Origin: Isurus oxyrinchus | Taxonomy: Eukaryota | Assembly (NCBI GenBank): GCA_026770705.1 | Contig: JANJGN010000021.1 | Location: 93,558,001 to 93,622,000 of the forward strand | Length of the DNA stretch: 64,000 bases | Direction: 5' to 3' | Shown here: one piece after another, positions 1 to 12,585 of the stretch | Layout: each line of letters begins with the position of its first letter | Position numbering within the stretch: position 1 is the stretch's first letter | Notes under the pieces: model-generated | Databases searched by the model: none | Told to the model about the DNA's origin: nothing | The model's input: only the letters and a program-made list of their open reading frames with translations | Made by a program: the position numbers and the translations under genes

Positions 1-735
1 GATACAGTCCCTCAAACTGATACAGCCCCTCAAACTGATACAGCCCCTCAAACTAATACAGCCCCTCAAATTAATACAGCCCCTCAAACTGATACAGCCC
101 CTCAAACTAATACAGCCCCTCAAACTGATACAGCCCCTCAAACTAATACAGTCCCTCAAACTAATACAACCCCTCAAACTAATACAACCCCTCAAACTAA
201 TACAGTCCCTCAAACTAATACAGCCCCTCAAACTAATACAGACCCTCAAACTAATACAGCCCCACAAACTGATATGGTCCCTTAAACTAACACATCCCCT
301 CAAACTAATACAGTCCCTCAAACTAATACAGCCCCTCAAACTAATACAGTCCCTCAAACTAACACGGTCCCTCAAACTGATACAGTCCCTCAAACTAATA
401 CAGTTCATCACACTAAATCAGGCCGTGAAACTGATAAAGTCCCTCAAATTAATGCAGGCTTCAAAGCTATAAAGACCCTCCAAACAGATACAGTCCCTTA
501 AATTAGCACAGTCCTTCAAACTAATACAGTCCTTCAAACTAATACAGTCCTTCAAACTAATACAGCCCCTCAAACTAATACAGACCCTCAAACTAATACA
601 GCCCCTCAAACTGATACAGTCCCGCAAACTAATATTTTCTCAAACTAATACAGTTCCACAAAATAATATAGTCCCTCAAACTAATACAGTCAGCCAAACT
701 GATACAGCCCCCCAAACTAACACGGCCCCTCAAAC
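1..735. repeat. 18-bp tandem satellite (CTRATACAGYCCCTCAAA), continues beyond window start
   Basis: About 40 tandem copies visible; spurious ORF shows 6-aa periodicity (CISLRD). Confidence 0.95.
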
Positions 736-3043
736 GAATCACAGAATCACATCGTGCAGAAGAGACCCTTCAGCCCATCAAGTCTGCACCGACACGTAAG
801 AAACACCTAAACTAACTACCTGATCCCATTTACCGGCACTCGGCCCATAGCCTTGAATATTATGACGTGCCAAGTGCTCATTCAGGTACTTTTGAAAGGA
901 TGTGAAGCAACTCGCTTCCACCACCTTTCTAGGCAGTGCATTCCAGACCATCACCACTCTCTGGGTAAAAAGATTTTTCCACACATCCCCCCTCAACATC
1001 CTGCCCCTCACCTTTAACTTGTGCCCTCGTGACTAACCCTTCAACAAAGGGGAACATCTGCTCCATATCCACCCTGTCCATGCCCCTCATAATCTTGTAC
1101 ACCTCAATCAGGTCACCCCTCAGTCTTTTCTGCTCCAACAAAAACAACCCAAGTCTATCCAACCCCTCTTCATAACTTAAATGTTTCATCCCAAGCAACA
1201 TCCTGGTGAATCTCCTCTGCACCCCCTCCAGTGCAATCACATGCTTCTTATAATGTGGTGACCAGAACGGCACACAGTACTCCAGCTGTGGCCTCACCAA
1301 GGTTCTGTACAACTCCAACATGACCTCCCTACTTTTGTAATCTATGCCTCGACTGACAAAGGCAAATGTCCCACATGCCTTTTTCACCACCCAACTAACA
1401 TGCCCCTCCGCCTTCAGAGACCTATGGACACACACACCAAGGTCCCTTTGTTCCTCAGAACTTCCTAGTGTCATGCTGTTCATTGAATACTTCCTTGTCA
1501 AATTTCTCCTTCCAAAATGTATCACCTCACTCTTTTCAGGGTTAAATTCCATCTGCCACTTATCTGCCCATTTGACCATCCCATCTATATCTTCCTGTAA
1601 CCCAAGACACTCAACCTCACTGTTAACCACCCGGCCAATCTTTGTGTCATCTGCAAACTTACTAATCCTACTCCCCACATGGTCATCTATGTCATTTATA
1701 TAAATGACAAATAATAGGGGACTGAGCACAGATCCCTGTGGTACACCACTGGCTTCCAGTCACTAAAGCATCCTTCTGTCATCACCCTCTGTCTCTTACA
1801 ACTAAGCCAATTTTGAAGCCACCTTATCAAATTACCCCCCAATAGTTTCCCTACTACTGACTTGAGACTCGCTGGCCTGTAGTTCCCTTGCTTATCTCTA
1901 CAACCCTTCTTAAATAGCGGAACCGCGTTAGCTGTTCTCCAGTCCTCTGGCACCTCCCCTGTGGCTGAGGAATTAAAAATTTGGGTCAGAGCCCCTGCGA
2001 TCTCCTCCCTTGCCTCCCTCAGCAGCCTGGGACACAAATCACCCGGACCTGGAGATTTGTCCACTTTTAAGCCTGACAACACCTTGTCACTCCCTATATC
2101 AAATTGCTCAAGAACCTCACAGTCTCTCCCCCCAAGTTCGATACCTTCATTCCCATTCTCTTGAGTGAAGACGGATGTGAAGTATTCATTCAACACTCTA
2201 GCAATGTCCTCTGGTCCATCCATAGATGGCCCCCTTCATCTCTATTGGGCCCTACTCTTGCCCTGGTTATCCTCTTCCCATTGATATACTTACAGAATAC
2301 CTTGGGATTTTCCCTACTTTTACCAGCCAGGATTTTCTCATATCCCCTCTTTACTCTCCCAATTGCTTTCTTAAGCTCCATCCTGCACTTTCTGTACTCC
2401 ACTAATGCCTCCGCTGATTTGCTTCCCTTGTGCCTGCTAAAAGCCTCTCTTTTCCTTCTCATCATATCCTGAATATCTCTGGTCATCCATGGTTCTCTGG
2501 GCTTGTTACTCCATCCAACACCCTAGAGGGAACATGTTGAGCCTGTACCCTCTCCATTTCCTTTTTGAACCCCCCACTGCTTCTCTGTAGATTCCCCCAC
2601 AAGTAGCTGTTCCCAGTCTACCTTGGCCAGATCCTGCCTTATTTTACTAAAATGCACTCTCCCACAATCCAAAACCTTTTTTTGCAACTTGCCTGTTTCT
2701 TTGTCCATAACAAGCTTAAACTGTACCATGTTATGGTCGCTATCACTAAAATGCTTCCCCCCCCACCACCTCTGCCACCTGTCCGGCTTCATTCCCCAGA
2801 ATTAGGTCCAGCAATGTGCTGTCCCTTGTTGGGCCCTTTAAATATATACTTTTTAGGTATATTGACCTAAAAAGTTCTCCAGTATACATTTAAAGATATG
2901 CACTCCATCCAAGCCCTTAACACTATGTCTATCCCAATTAATGTTGAGAAAGCTGAAATCGCCTAATATAATTACCCTATTGTTATTGTTTTTATACACC
3001 TCCGCAAGTTGTGCCCAAACTTGCTCCTCAATTTCCCCGCTGA
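736..3043 (-). mobile_element. CR1 LINE, 5'-truncated (end of APE, RT, 3'UTR), frameshifted
   Basis: Minus-strand ORFs with RT motifs (LFVIYINDIDD, SKFADDTKIG, LVRPQLEYC, KSPGPGDLCPRLL); (ATTCTGTG)n-type tail at 736-750. Confidence 0.93.
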
Positions 3044-3341
3044 CTAATGCAGCCCCTCAAACTGATACTCTCTCAAACTAATACAGACCCTCAACTGATA
3101 CAGTGTCTCCATCTGATAGTCTCTCAAACTGAAACAGTCCCTCAAACTGATACAGTATCTCAAATTAATACAGCCCCTCAAACTGATACAGTCTCTCAAA
3201 CTGATACAGTCCCTGAAACTGATACAGTATCTCAAACTAATGCAGTCCCTCAAACTGATACAGACCCTCAAACTGATACAGACCCTCAAACTGATACAGA
3301 CCCTCAAACTGATACAGACCCTCAAACTGATACAGCCTCTC
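3044..3341. repeat. 18-bp satellite, continuation after CR1 insertion
   Basis: Same unit and orientation as 1-735. Confidence 0.93.
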
Positions 3342-3387
3342 AGATTCATATAATGTCTCAAATAACACTGGCCCCCAGAATAATTTC

Positions 3388-4095
3388 TCTTTTTATTCTT
3401 TCATGTGATCTGAGCTTCGCTGGCTCAGCCAGCATTTGTTTCTCAACCCTAATTGCCCGTGAGGCCATTGGTGAAGAGCCACCTTCTTGCAGTCCCTCTG
3501 GTTTAGGTATACCCCCAGTGCTTTTAGAGAGGGAGTACCATGATTTTGACACTGTGACCGGGAAGGAATTCTAATCCAATTCAGGATGGTGTGTGGCTTG
3601 GAGGGTAACTTCCAGGAGTTGGTGTTGCCATGCATCTGCTATCCTTGTCCTGCATGGTCGAGTTTGCCGGTTTAGGGTGCTACTAAAGGAGTTTTGACAA
3701 GCTGCTACAGTGCATTTTTTACATGGTACACACTGCAGCCACTGAGTGTCAGTGGTGAAGAGAGTGAATATGTAAGGTGGGTGAATGGCATGCTGTCCTG
3801 AATGGTGTTCAGCTTCTTGAGTGTTGATAGAGCTGTGCTCACCCAGGCAAGTGGACAGTATTCCATCACACTCCTGACTTGTGCCTTGTAGATAATGGAC
3901 AGGCTTTGGGGAGTGAGGTTGAGAGTTACTCAGCAGAATATCCACCTTCTGACCTGAGCTTGTAGCTGCGGTGCTTATATGACGTGTTCAGTTAAGTTTC
4001 TGGTCAATGTTACCCGCCATCCCACCCAACCCTCCAAGAAAGTTGAGTAATGCCATTGAATGTCAAGGGGAGATGGTTAGATGCTCTCTTGTTGG
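3388..4095 (-). mobile_element. LINE family B (CR1/L2-group) 3' portion
   Basis: 3' end motif CCAGCATTT...CCCTAATTGCCC shared with copies at 5500, 25760, 29065, 45320; resumes at 5190 after an LTR insertion. Confidence 0.8.
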
Positions 4096-4114
4096 TGTCA
4101 CAATCAGAAGACAG

Positions 4115-4156
<42 letters not shown>

Positions 4157-5189
4157 TCCTGGCTACTTTATAAACTTAATGCTTTTTAAAAAATGGACAG
4201 ATGGCTGGACTGATAAAAGGGCCGCAGCTGACCACATGATGGTAGTGCTGGAAGCTTCTGAGCAGTTTAAGCATGGACAAAATGCTAACTCATCAAACTC
4301 TTGCAATGTAACACACTTTGCATTGTATAAACATTCCAGCCAAACTAACACAAAGGGCTAGTAGACAATGCCAGTCAGTGCTGGAAAAAGGCAGAGCTAT
4401 TAGGATCCTCCTCTCCAATGTTGTGCTAAAATTTCCACAGCTACCTGGTCAAAGCATAATGGGTGGTTACAAGGGCTCTCATTAGCTGAATAGCTAAGCC
4501 CCAAACCACCCTGTCACATGACTGGAGACTTGAGCTGTTTGAATTCCTTTGATTATACAGCTTTTGAATTTTATCTTCAGCTGCAGTTTAATTTCAGAAG
4601 AGAAAACCAGACTCTAGGTGAGCAGCCTGTCTCTGACCTCCATAGCTCTCAGAATATGACCTCCAGACAGTATCTTATATTTTGCCTACAGAGTGAACTA
4701 ATACACAGGATACAAGGATAATTTGCTGCATCTTCAGCAGACTCAACCTGCAACTGAGTTCCTAGGACCAAGGTCAGGAACTCTGCCAGATAATGGCACC
4801 TGAAAGAACCTTTCTTGGACATTGATTCTGGATTCTGGACTCATGTGAAACCATAGTTCTTATTTTTATTGTGGTCTTTGCCCTGGACCCTTTTCTTTCC
4901 CTTATCCCTCTTTCATTGTATGAATGCAAAAGGGGCGGATGTTGCAAAATCCCTCCGTGCATTTTGTGTGCATGTAACATAAACCAACACTCTTATTTTC
5001 CCTTATCTCAAGTTTGCTATGAGGTTATTTATAACGGATTGGATCACACCAAAACTGAGGGGTTGGGGGAAAACACACCACCACATATAAAGCGGGAAAT
5101 CAAAAATCAATAGCATCTTTCTGCTTATGTACGGGTAGTAAGTGGAGAAATCAGGGCTGTTTAAATTAGTCCTCACCCTGTCTGCAATA
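4096..5189 (+). mobile_element. Solo LTR inserted in LINE family B
   Basis: Starts TGTCAC, ends GCAATA (decayed AACA), flanked by 4-bp TTGG duplication (4092-4095, 5190-5193); LINE sequence is contiguous across it. Confidence 0.7.
4117..4154. repeat. (TA)n microsatellite
   Basis: About 19 TA units. Confidence 0.97.
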
Positions 5190-5499
5190 TTGGACATGGT
5201 CATTGCCTGGCTCATGTGTGATGTGAATGTTAGATGCACCTTATCAGCCCAAGCCTGGATATTACCCAGGTCTTACTGCAAACGGAAATGAATTTATTCA
5301 GTATCTTAGGAGACGTGAATGGTAATGAACATGGAACAATTATTCTCAGACATCCCCACTTCTGAGCTTATGATGGAGGGAAGGTCATTGATGAAGCAGC
5401 TGAAGATGGTTCTGCCCAGGACACTATCCTGAGGAACTCCTGCAGCAATTTTAGGGGGTTGAGATGATTGGCTTCAATTAGCGACAACCATCTTCCCTA
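5190..5499 (-). mobile_element. LINE family B, continuation (RT domain fragment)
   Basis: Reverse strand reads AAGVPQDSVL..IFSCFINDLPSIISSEVG-like RT motif. Confidence 0.75.
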
Positions 5500-6319
5500 T
5501 TTTTTAATTCATTCATGGATGTGGGCAAGGCTGGCTGGGCCAGCGTTTATTGCCAATCCAAATTGACCTTGGGAGGGTGATGGTGAGCTTCCTTCTTGAA
5601 CTGGTGCAGTCCATGTGGTGTAGGTACACCCACAGTGCTGTTAGAGAGGGAGTTCCAGAATTTTGACTCAGTGACAGTGGAGGAACAGCAATATATTTCC
5701 AAGTCAGAATGGTGAGTGGCTTGGAGTGAAAATTCCAGGTGGTGGTGTTCCTATGTGTCTGCTGCCCTTGTCCTTTTAGATGGTAATGGTCGTGAGTTTG
5801 GAATGTGTTGCTGAAGGGGCCTTGGTGAGTTCCTGCAGTGCATCTTGTAGATGGTACACACTGCTGCTACTGTGCATCGGTGGTGGAGGGAGTGAATGTT
5901 TGTGGGTGGGGTGACAATCAAGTGGGCTGCTTTGTCCTGGATGATGTCAAGCTTCTTGAGCATTGTTGGAGGTGCACTCATCCAGGCAAATGGATAGTGT
6001 TCCATCACACTCCTGACTTGTGCCTTGTAGATAGTGGACAGTCTTTGGGGAGTCAGAAGATGAGTTACTCGTCACAGGATTCCTAACTTCTGACCTGTTC
6101 TTGTAGTCACAGTATTTATATGGCTAGTCCAGTTCACTTTATGGTCAATGGTAACCTGCAGGATATTGATAGTGGGGGATTCAGTGATGGTAATGCCATT
6201 GAATGTCAAGGGGTGATGGTTAGATTCTGTCTTGTTGGAGATTGTCATTGTCTGGCACTTGTGTGGTGCAAATGTTACTTGCCACTTGTTAGCCCAAGCC
6301 TGGATATTGTCCAGGTCTT
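5500..6319 (-). mobile_element. LINE family B 3' portion (second copy)
   Basis: Tail (CCATGAATGAAT+polyA on minus) at ~5500-5520; ORF MMEHYPFAWMSAPPTMLKKLDIIQDKAAHLI typical of RT C-terminus. Confidence 0.82.
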
Positions 6320-6505
6320 TGTAATAATTATAGCTTTAGTGTGTGACTGTAGCTGTAGTTTAAGGCTTAATTGTGTTGTATAGTATCACGTGACAGTGTG
6401 AACAAATCAGCTCTAAGCACAGGGAACCTTAGAGTGGGAGTTTGTCTTCTAATTGTGGAGCTTGACTGAAGCAAGTAACTGCTGCTGCAGCCTGTAAATA
6501 AAGTA
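6320..6505 (+). mobile_element. LTR fragment related to the Gypsy LTR at 12381-12585
   Basis: Starts TGTAAT; AATCAGCTCTAAGCACAGGGAACCTTAG resembles AATCAGCCCTAAGCGTGTGGAACCTTAG (minus strand of ~12497-12524); AATAAA at ~6498; cut by CR1. Confidence 0.6.
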
Positions 6506-7226
6506 CAGAGGGACATATGTGTCCTTGTATATCAGTCACTGAAAGCAAGCATGCAGGTACAGCAAGCAATTAAGAAGGCAAATGGTATGTTGGCCTTCAT
6601 TGCAAGAGGACTTGAGTACAGGAGCAAGGATGTCTTACTGCAGCTGTACAGGGCCTTGGTGAGACCCCATCTGGAGTATTATGTGCAGTTTTGGTCTCCT
6701 TACCTAAGAAAGAATATACTTGTCACAGAGGGAGTGCAGTGAAGGTTCACCAGACTTATTCCTGGGTTGGCAGGATTGTCGTATGAGGAGCAATTGGGCC
6801 GACTAGGCCTGTATTCACTAGAGTTTAGAATAATGAGAGGGGATCTCATTGAAACATATAAAGTTCTGCCAGGGCTGGACAGACTGGATGTAGGGGTGAT
6901 GTTTCCTCTGGCTGGAGTGGTCTAGAACGAGGGGTCACAGTCTTAATAGGCCAATTAGGACCGAGATGAGAAGAAATGTCATCACGTATGGGGTGGTGGA
7001 CTTGTGGAATTCTCTACCACAGAAGGCTGTGGAGGCCAAGTCACTGAATATATTTAAGAAGGAAATAGATAGGTTTCTGGACTCTAAAGGCATTAAGTGG
7101 TATGGGGAGGGAGCAGGAAAATGGCATTGAGATAGAGGATCAGCCATGATCATATTGAATGGTGGAGCAGGCTCAAAGGGCCGAATGGCCTACTCCTGCC
7201 CCTATTTTCTATGTTTCTATGTTTCT
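6506..7226 (+). mobile_element. CR1 LINE 3' fragment
   Basis: ORF QAIKKANGMLAFIARG...LVRPHLEYYVQFWSP; (TTTCTATG)n tail at 7207-7225. Confidence 0.92.
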
Positions 7227-7229
7227 CGG

Positions 7230-8010
7230 TGATGGAAATCGAGATCTTGCTGGGAGGAGGGGAGCCACCCAGCGCAGTGTTCACAGGGACAGATTCAGCT
7301 CTTTCGCTGTGGGTGAGCACTGCTGCCTCCGGTGGCTCAAGCTTTCATGGCAGGTCATTGCCGACTTCCGCAGCCTCCTGGGGCAAGACCTCCTTCCCAC
7401 TTGTTCAAGTGGGCACACATTGCCAGGGATCACCAAGAGGAGGGCCACCTCCCCTTCTCTGTCTCTCCCCGAAGGTTGGTGCCCTTTTCTTCTCGAGGGA
7501 AGAAAGGCAGAGAATTGGATGCATCAGAAATAGATTGCGTGGAGAGGAGGGAAGGACACTATTTGGGGAGGGTATCTGTCAGGCATAGGTGTGAGATGGC
7601 ACAAAGATAAGTATCAGTGTGAGTGTTGGGTGCTCAGATGGGAGTGTGAGGAGGCACCTGGAGAGAGATGAATGAGTGGAGCTGCAAGGTGTGTGGGCCT
7701 CTGGAGTATTGTACAGCAGAAAGCCAGGAGCATCAGACTGTGGGGCCTGGCCCCTGAACGAGTTATGCCACTCACCTTTCCTGCCCCCTTTGAACACCTT
7801 GGAGGCACTGTCTCCAGGTTCGGGGGAACCATACTCCTGTTGCTCATTTCCTTGGCCAGTCTCATCCACGCCTGCTTGTTTGATAGGCTGACCTCTCCCT
7901 CTTACCCTTAGCAAAAATAACCTCATTTCGGTCCCTCCCATTCCACAGCAGGACCTCAAGTTAAGCGTCCGAGACCTGCTGGGTAGCCTCCCCTGTTCCC
8001 TTCTCCATTT
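7230..8010 (-). mobile_element. Harbinger-type Myb/SANT DNA-binding gene remnant (2 exons)
   Basis: Manual translation across frameshifts: VSDA*LEVLL...EVIF...QAWMRLAKEMSNRSMV.RTWRQC, donor GTGAGT at ~7775; second exon KKRAP..RERQRRGGGPP; parallels the Myb gene at 20120-21116. Confidence 0.65.
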
Positions 8011-8077
8011 CTGTGGTTTCCGGAGCTCAGCAATTATTGTACAGCTCAGCCATTCTAACCCGTAGCTGGGGTCACAA

Positions 8078-8195
8078 TGCTCACAGAATCTCAGTGCAGA
8101 AGAGGCCCTTCGGCCCATCGAGTCTGCACCGACACGTGAAAAACACCTGACCTACCTACCTAATCCTATTTACCAGCACTTGGCCCATAGCCTTG
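8078..8195 (-). mobile_element. Short CR1 3'-end fragment (same subfamily as 736-3043)
   Basis: Near-identical to 740-853. Confidence 0.85.
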
Positions 8196-9557
8196 TTGAC
8201 CTGGTGTGATAGATGTCAGCAATGACCTATTGTGAAAGCCTGGGCCTCATGGGGAATCCTTCCTTTGACCGGCTCAGCGCCTCATCCCTGCTCACCCTCT
8301 TCCCTTTGGCGGGAGAACGATGCTAATGCCATGGTTGGGTTCAAGAGCCAGATTGAAAGGCGTGACTGAATCAAATGGGTTCCCAGCTCGCTTCCAGCCT
8401 CCCCACCATGCGCCAGCCTGTCACAATCAGATTCCATCCCTTGTTTCCCATCCGTGCCTGCATCATGAAGTGCCACTCTCTCTGCCACAGTTGGCCACTG
8501 TGGGGAACAACAGCCGGGACAATCAACTGCTCTAAAATCCACCATGGACAGCAGATGATGCAGGCTGAAGTAATCCAGATGCTGCAGAATATTGCAGCTG
8601 AATGTGGTTCTAGTTCATCATTTACTGGCTTCAGAAGGCATGGTCCGAGAGACACCCCTGGCGTCGAATGCCACCTGTCTGACCTCATGAGCCCACGGGA
8701 GAACGCTAAGTCATTTGGAGACTAAACACGAACATTCCTTTCAATTAGCGATTTGTTATTTGTCCCGAGACACTCCCAATTGTTACTCAGGGTGACAAGC
8801 GCTGGACCAATTTGGCCACATAATTCAATAGAGAGCGATTCACAGGCACTAATTCCAAAGAGTTCAGCGTAATGACCTGTATCTGGACCTTGCCAGGCTG
8901 TGATGGATGGCCTGGCAGTTAGAGTGCCTAATAGATTATTGTTTACCCACAGTCCGAAAACGGGCAAGCTGGGTACACTATTGCGCCCCATAAATACCTA
9001 CAATATGGAATCACCCTCCAGGAGGCATTGCTGTGCAGACTGGCATTCTTGGGTAATTCTCTCCCCAGTGATTTAAGCCTCCATCCCTCTATAGGTACCT
9101 CCACCATCCTTGTCCACGGGGGTTCACTCCCAGCAGACCTGAATGAGTTGCAGCTCCCGTGTAAATTGATCCATTGTGGAATCCAGTTCATTCCACAAGC
9201 AACAGAGTTTTCCAGTCCCCTGTTTGTCCCCCGACCGCTCGCCCTTGCGGGGAGTCTTCTTGGATGCATTTTGGAGTCAAAAGCCTGATTTCTAAAAGTT
9301 GACAATGAACAGGAGCCACTCAGGTCGGGGGGGGGAAAGCATGTGGGCATGTCCTCGGGCTGGCATGGACAAGATGGGCCAAATGGCCTCCTTCTGTGCT
9401 GTAACTTTTTTATGGTTCTCCAGAGATATTTTAAAAAAAACCTTTGAAAATGAAAACACGCCTTGAGAGGTTTTCCCGAGACAAATTATCCCGACGTTTC
9501 CCCTTGGAGAGTTGTATGACTTTGGGACTCTCTGCTTCAGAAGGCAGTGGAAGCAGG

Positions 9558-9706
9558 GACTGGAATTTTCCAGCCCTTCCAGTGCTGCTGATAGGAATGG
9601 AGGTTCCAATGACTCGCCGGCTCTGGAGCAGGGAAACCCGCTGCCGGGTTGGGGGGTTGCGGGGGAGGTTGGGGGAGTGGGTGGGCGTGACTGGAACATT
9701 CCGGCC
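9558..9706. mobile_element. Small Harbinger-family MITE
   Basis: Inverted termini GACTGGAATTTTCCAG / CTGGAACATTCCGGCC, same TIR type as other Harbinger elements here. Confidence 0.6.
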
Positions 9707-9709
9707 TAG

Positions 9710-9897
9710 GCCATTGAACATCTTTGAAGCAGAGGTGGTTAGATTCTTGTCAGACAAGGGGGAGCCAAATGTTATCGAGGGTAGATGGGAACGTAGAACT
9801 CGAAACACAAACAGGTCAGCCACGGATCTTGCTGAGTGATGGAGCAGGCTCGAGGGGTTGAGTGGCCTACTCCTGCTCCTAACTCGTATGGTCGTAG
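9710..9897 (+). mobile_element. CR1 3'-end fragment
   Basis: GGAGCAGGCTCGAGGGG...GGCCTACTCCTGCTCC 3'UTR motif also at 7163-7200. Confidence 0.75.
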
Positions 9898-10084
9898 AAT
9901 GATAAGATCCACATTCCGCTCCTCTAAGCCAGCCTGAAGGCTGAAGAGCTGGAGCCGTGTCAAGGTTGGGAGATGGTGCTACTGCTGCTCACAACAGTTT
10001 TCCTATCAGCGGCTTTCACTTTTTAACAGCTGACCTCCAATTTCATGGAAATCAGTTCACCTGCATAAAGCTTCACTCACCTTG

Positions 10085-12585
10085 ACCTGCATCTCCCTAA
10101 TAAGTGTAGAAGGGCTAACACTGTAGATAGATTTAGGCAAGAATCAACCGTAATAATTTACCAACCCTAAAAATTTGGCCAAAAGTTAGTAGGGAGGGCA
10201 GTTCCTTCGTTGCCCTGACTTTCTCCCTCTAATAGGTATAACCCTTGGGCATCCACTCAGTGACCCAGATGTGCAACTTCCTTTGCTTGGAAGGTGCATT
10301 TTTCTCTTTTTAAATGAATGCCAACCTCTAAAAACCTCTTCAGAACCTCTTCCAGGTTTGCCACATGTTCTGCTTCTGAGGATCCTGTGATCAGGATGTT
10401 GTCCAGGTACACTATAACTCGGGGGGGTCTTTGTAGTATGCTTTCTATGGTTCTTTGGAAAATCGCACAGGTTGAAGACACATTGAAGGGTAGGCGTGTA
10501 TATTTGTACAAGCCTTGTGCGTGTTTATGGTGACACAACTTCTTGATGTGTTGTCCAGCTCAAGCTGCTGATGCGCATGGCTCATGTCCAGTTTAGTATA
10601 TAATCTTCCTCCTGCAAGTTTAGCATACAGACCTTCAGTCTTTGGGATTGGCTATTTGTCTAATTTCACAGCCTTGTTTACCGTTAATTTATAATCCTCA
10701 CAGATGCGAATGGTTTGGGCTGGCTTTAGCACAGGGACAATGGATGCTGCCTATTCTGAAAACTGGACAGGCTGGATTATTCCTACCTTCTCCAAAGGAC
10801 ACAATTCCGCATCTACTTTTTCTCTCAGAGCATAAGGCACAGGTTTTGCCTTAAAAAGTTGCTTCAGGGTCCACATATATTTTAGCTTGCAGACCTTCGA
10901 AATTCCCCAACTCATCTCGGAATAATCAGTCATATTTTTTCAGCAACTGTGGAATTCCCCCTGCTCGGACTTGAAAAATTTCTGACCAGTTTAATTTGAT
11001 TTCTTTCAGCCAATCACGGCCCGGAAGGCTAGGTCCTTCTCCAGCTACAACAATTATTGGCAACTGAGCTGCCTGTTGTCTGTATGATACAGGTACAGTG
11101 GCGATGCCTTTCATCTGTATTACTTCTCCTGTATACGTTCTCCAAACTCAATGGGCAGAATTTTACGGCCCTGTTTTGGCGGGGATGGGGGCCATAAAAT
11201 GTGGCGAGACATTCTAAACCTCATTGTCTTCAGTAGGAACGTAAAATCCCGCTGTCATAAAATTTCACCCAATGGCTGGGCACCTTCTCTGAGGTATTTA
11301 AAGATTTGTTCTCCCACCACTGCGATCGATGCTACTGTGTCCAACTCCATGGGCAGAGACGTTCCATTTACTTGAAGCGTAACAGTGATTGGTTCAGTTT
11401 TCCTGGTCTACAGGTTGTGTGGGGAATAAACGTCAGCCTCAGTAACTTTTGGCTATTGTGGACTTCATTTAACTTGACCTGCTGTCTGGAGGGCTGCCTT
11501 GATCTAGCCCTGCCCTGTTTAACAACATGCCCTTTATTGTGGCAGTAGTGGCACTCTGCCTCTTCAAATCTACAGACTCCAGGTGCATGATTTCCCCCCA
11601 CAACAGTAACACTTTAACTTCTGGGTTACTGGTGAGCTGCTTCCAGTATTTCTTTTTGTTTTGTTAGCGGTAGGGACCGTGTCCCGCTTTACGGTACCTC
11701 CCTGATCTACCCGCCACACCCAGTGGGAAGTTCCCACCCTAGCTGCAAAACGGCACCATGTTGCACACTCTGCAGAGCCTGGAAGTCCCTCTCAGCACTC
11801 TCCATTGCAAGTGCCATCTCTATGGCGCTCTTTAGGCCTATCTCAACATCTGTGACAAATGGTGCTGAATGGCATTGTCGCTTATGCCACAAACCAAACG
11901 ATCTCGCAACATGTCGTTTAAAGTATCACCGCAGTCACAGCGCTCCGTTAACTGTTTTAACTTCACAATGTCTGCTGCAATCGATTCGGGGGGGCCCTTA
12001 CCCAAGAGTTAAACTTGAATCTTTGCACGATCACAGAAGGTTTAGGCTGAAAATGTCCTTTCATGATGTCCATTAACTCGGTGGAGGATCTGGAATTTGG
12101 CGCATACGGAGCCTTCAAGCTATGGATTAGGTTATAGATTTTGCTCCTACGGACACTCAGGAGAATTTCCTTCTATTGCGCCTCTGCCCCTCTGTCGTTG
12201 GCTACAAAGTAGAACCCTAATCGCTGATTGTATTGACTTCAGTGCTCGAAGGATGACTGGTACAGCTCAATTCTACCAAAGTGAGGCATTGCTGGGGATT
12301 ACACTTTTTTTTCTTTCTTTCTTCCGTTCAAATATCAGAGGCCAGGTGCTGTGTCGACGCTATTTATCCTCATCACCAATTGCAATAAACTTGGAGAGTG
12401 CAGGGCTAGTTTCTTGTAAGAAACAGTGAACTTTACTTAAAGACTCCAGATGAGGCTATACGCTTGTTCCAAGACCAAGGCTAAGAAACTCTGCCCCTAA
12501 GGTTCCACACGCTTAGGGCTGATTCGTCTATACAGTCACATGATCCACATAACAGTAAGAAATCAATTAACTTACAATCATTACA
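10085..12585 (-). mobile_element. Gypsy LTR retrotransposon, 5' LTR + gag-PR-RT, 3'-truncated, degenerate
   Basis: LTR TG..CA 12585-12381, PBS-like TGGTGATGAGGAT at 12378-12366, zinc knuckle CHYCHNKGH, protease MELDTVAS, RT YTRLPF...VYLDNILITG...YLGH-like VAHLGH. Confidence 0.88.
11153..11270. mobile_element. Harbinger-family MITE nested in Gypsy pol
   Basis: TIRs GGGCAGAATTTTACG / CATAAAATTTCACCC with 3-bp AAT target duplication. Confidence 0.75.

Noticed and set aside
3047-3574. QTDT-repeat protein ORF and CISLR-repeat ORFs (12795-13256)
   Set aside because: Translations of the 18-bp satellite.
9446-9571. ISRE-like GAAAATGAAA plus NF-kB-like GGAATTTTCC as an immune promoter
   Set aside because: The kB-like site is a MITE TIR; short motifs occur by chance; no associated gene start, and it lies downstream of the class I gene.
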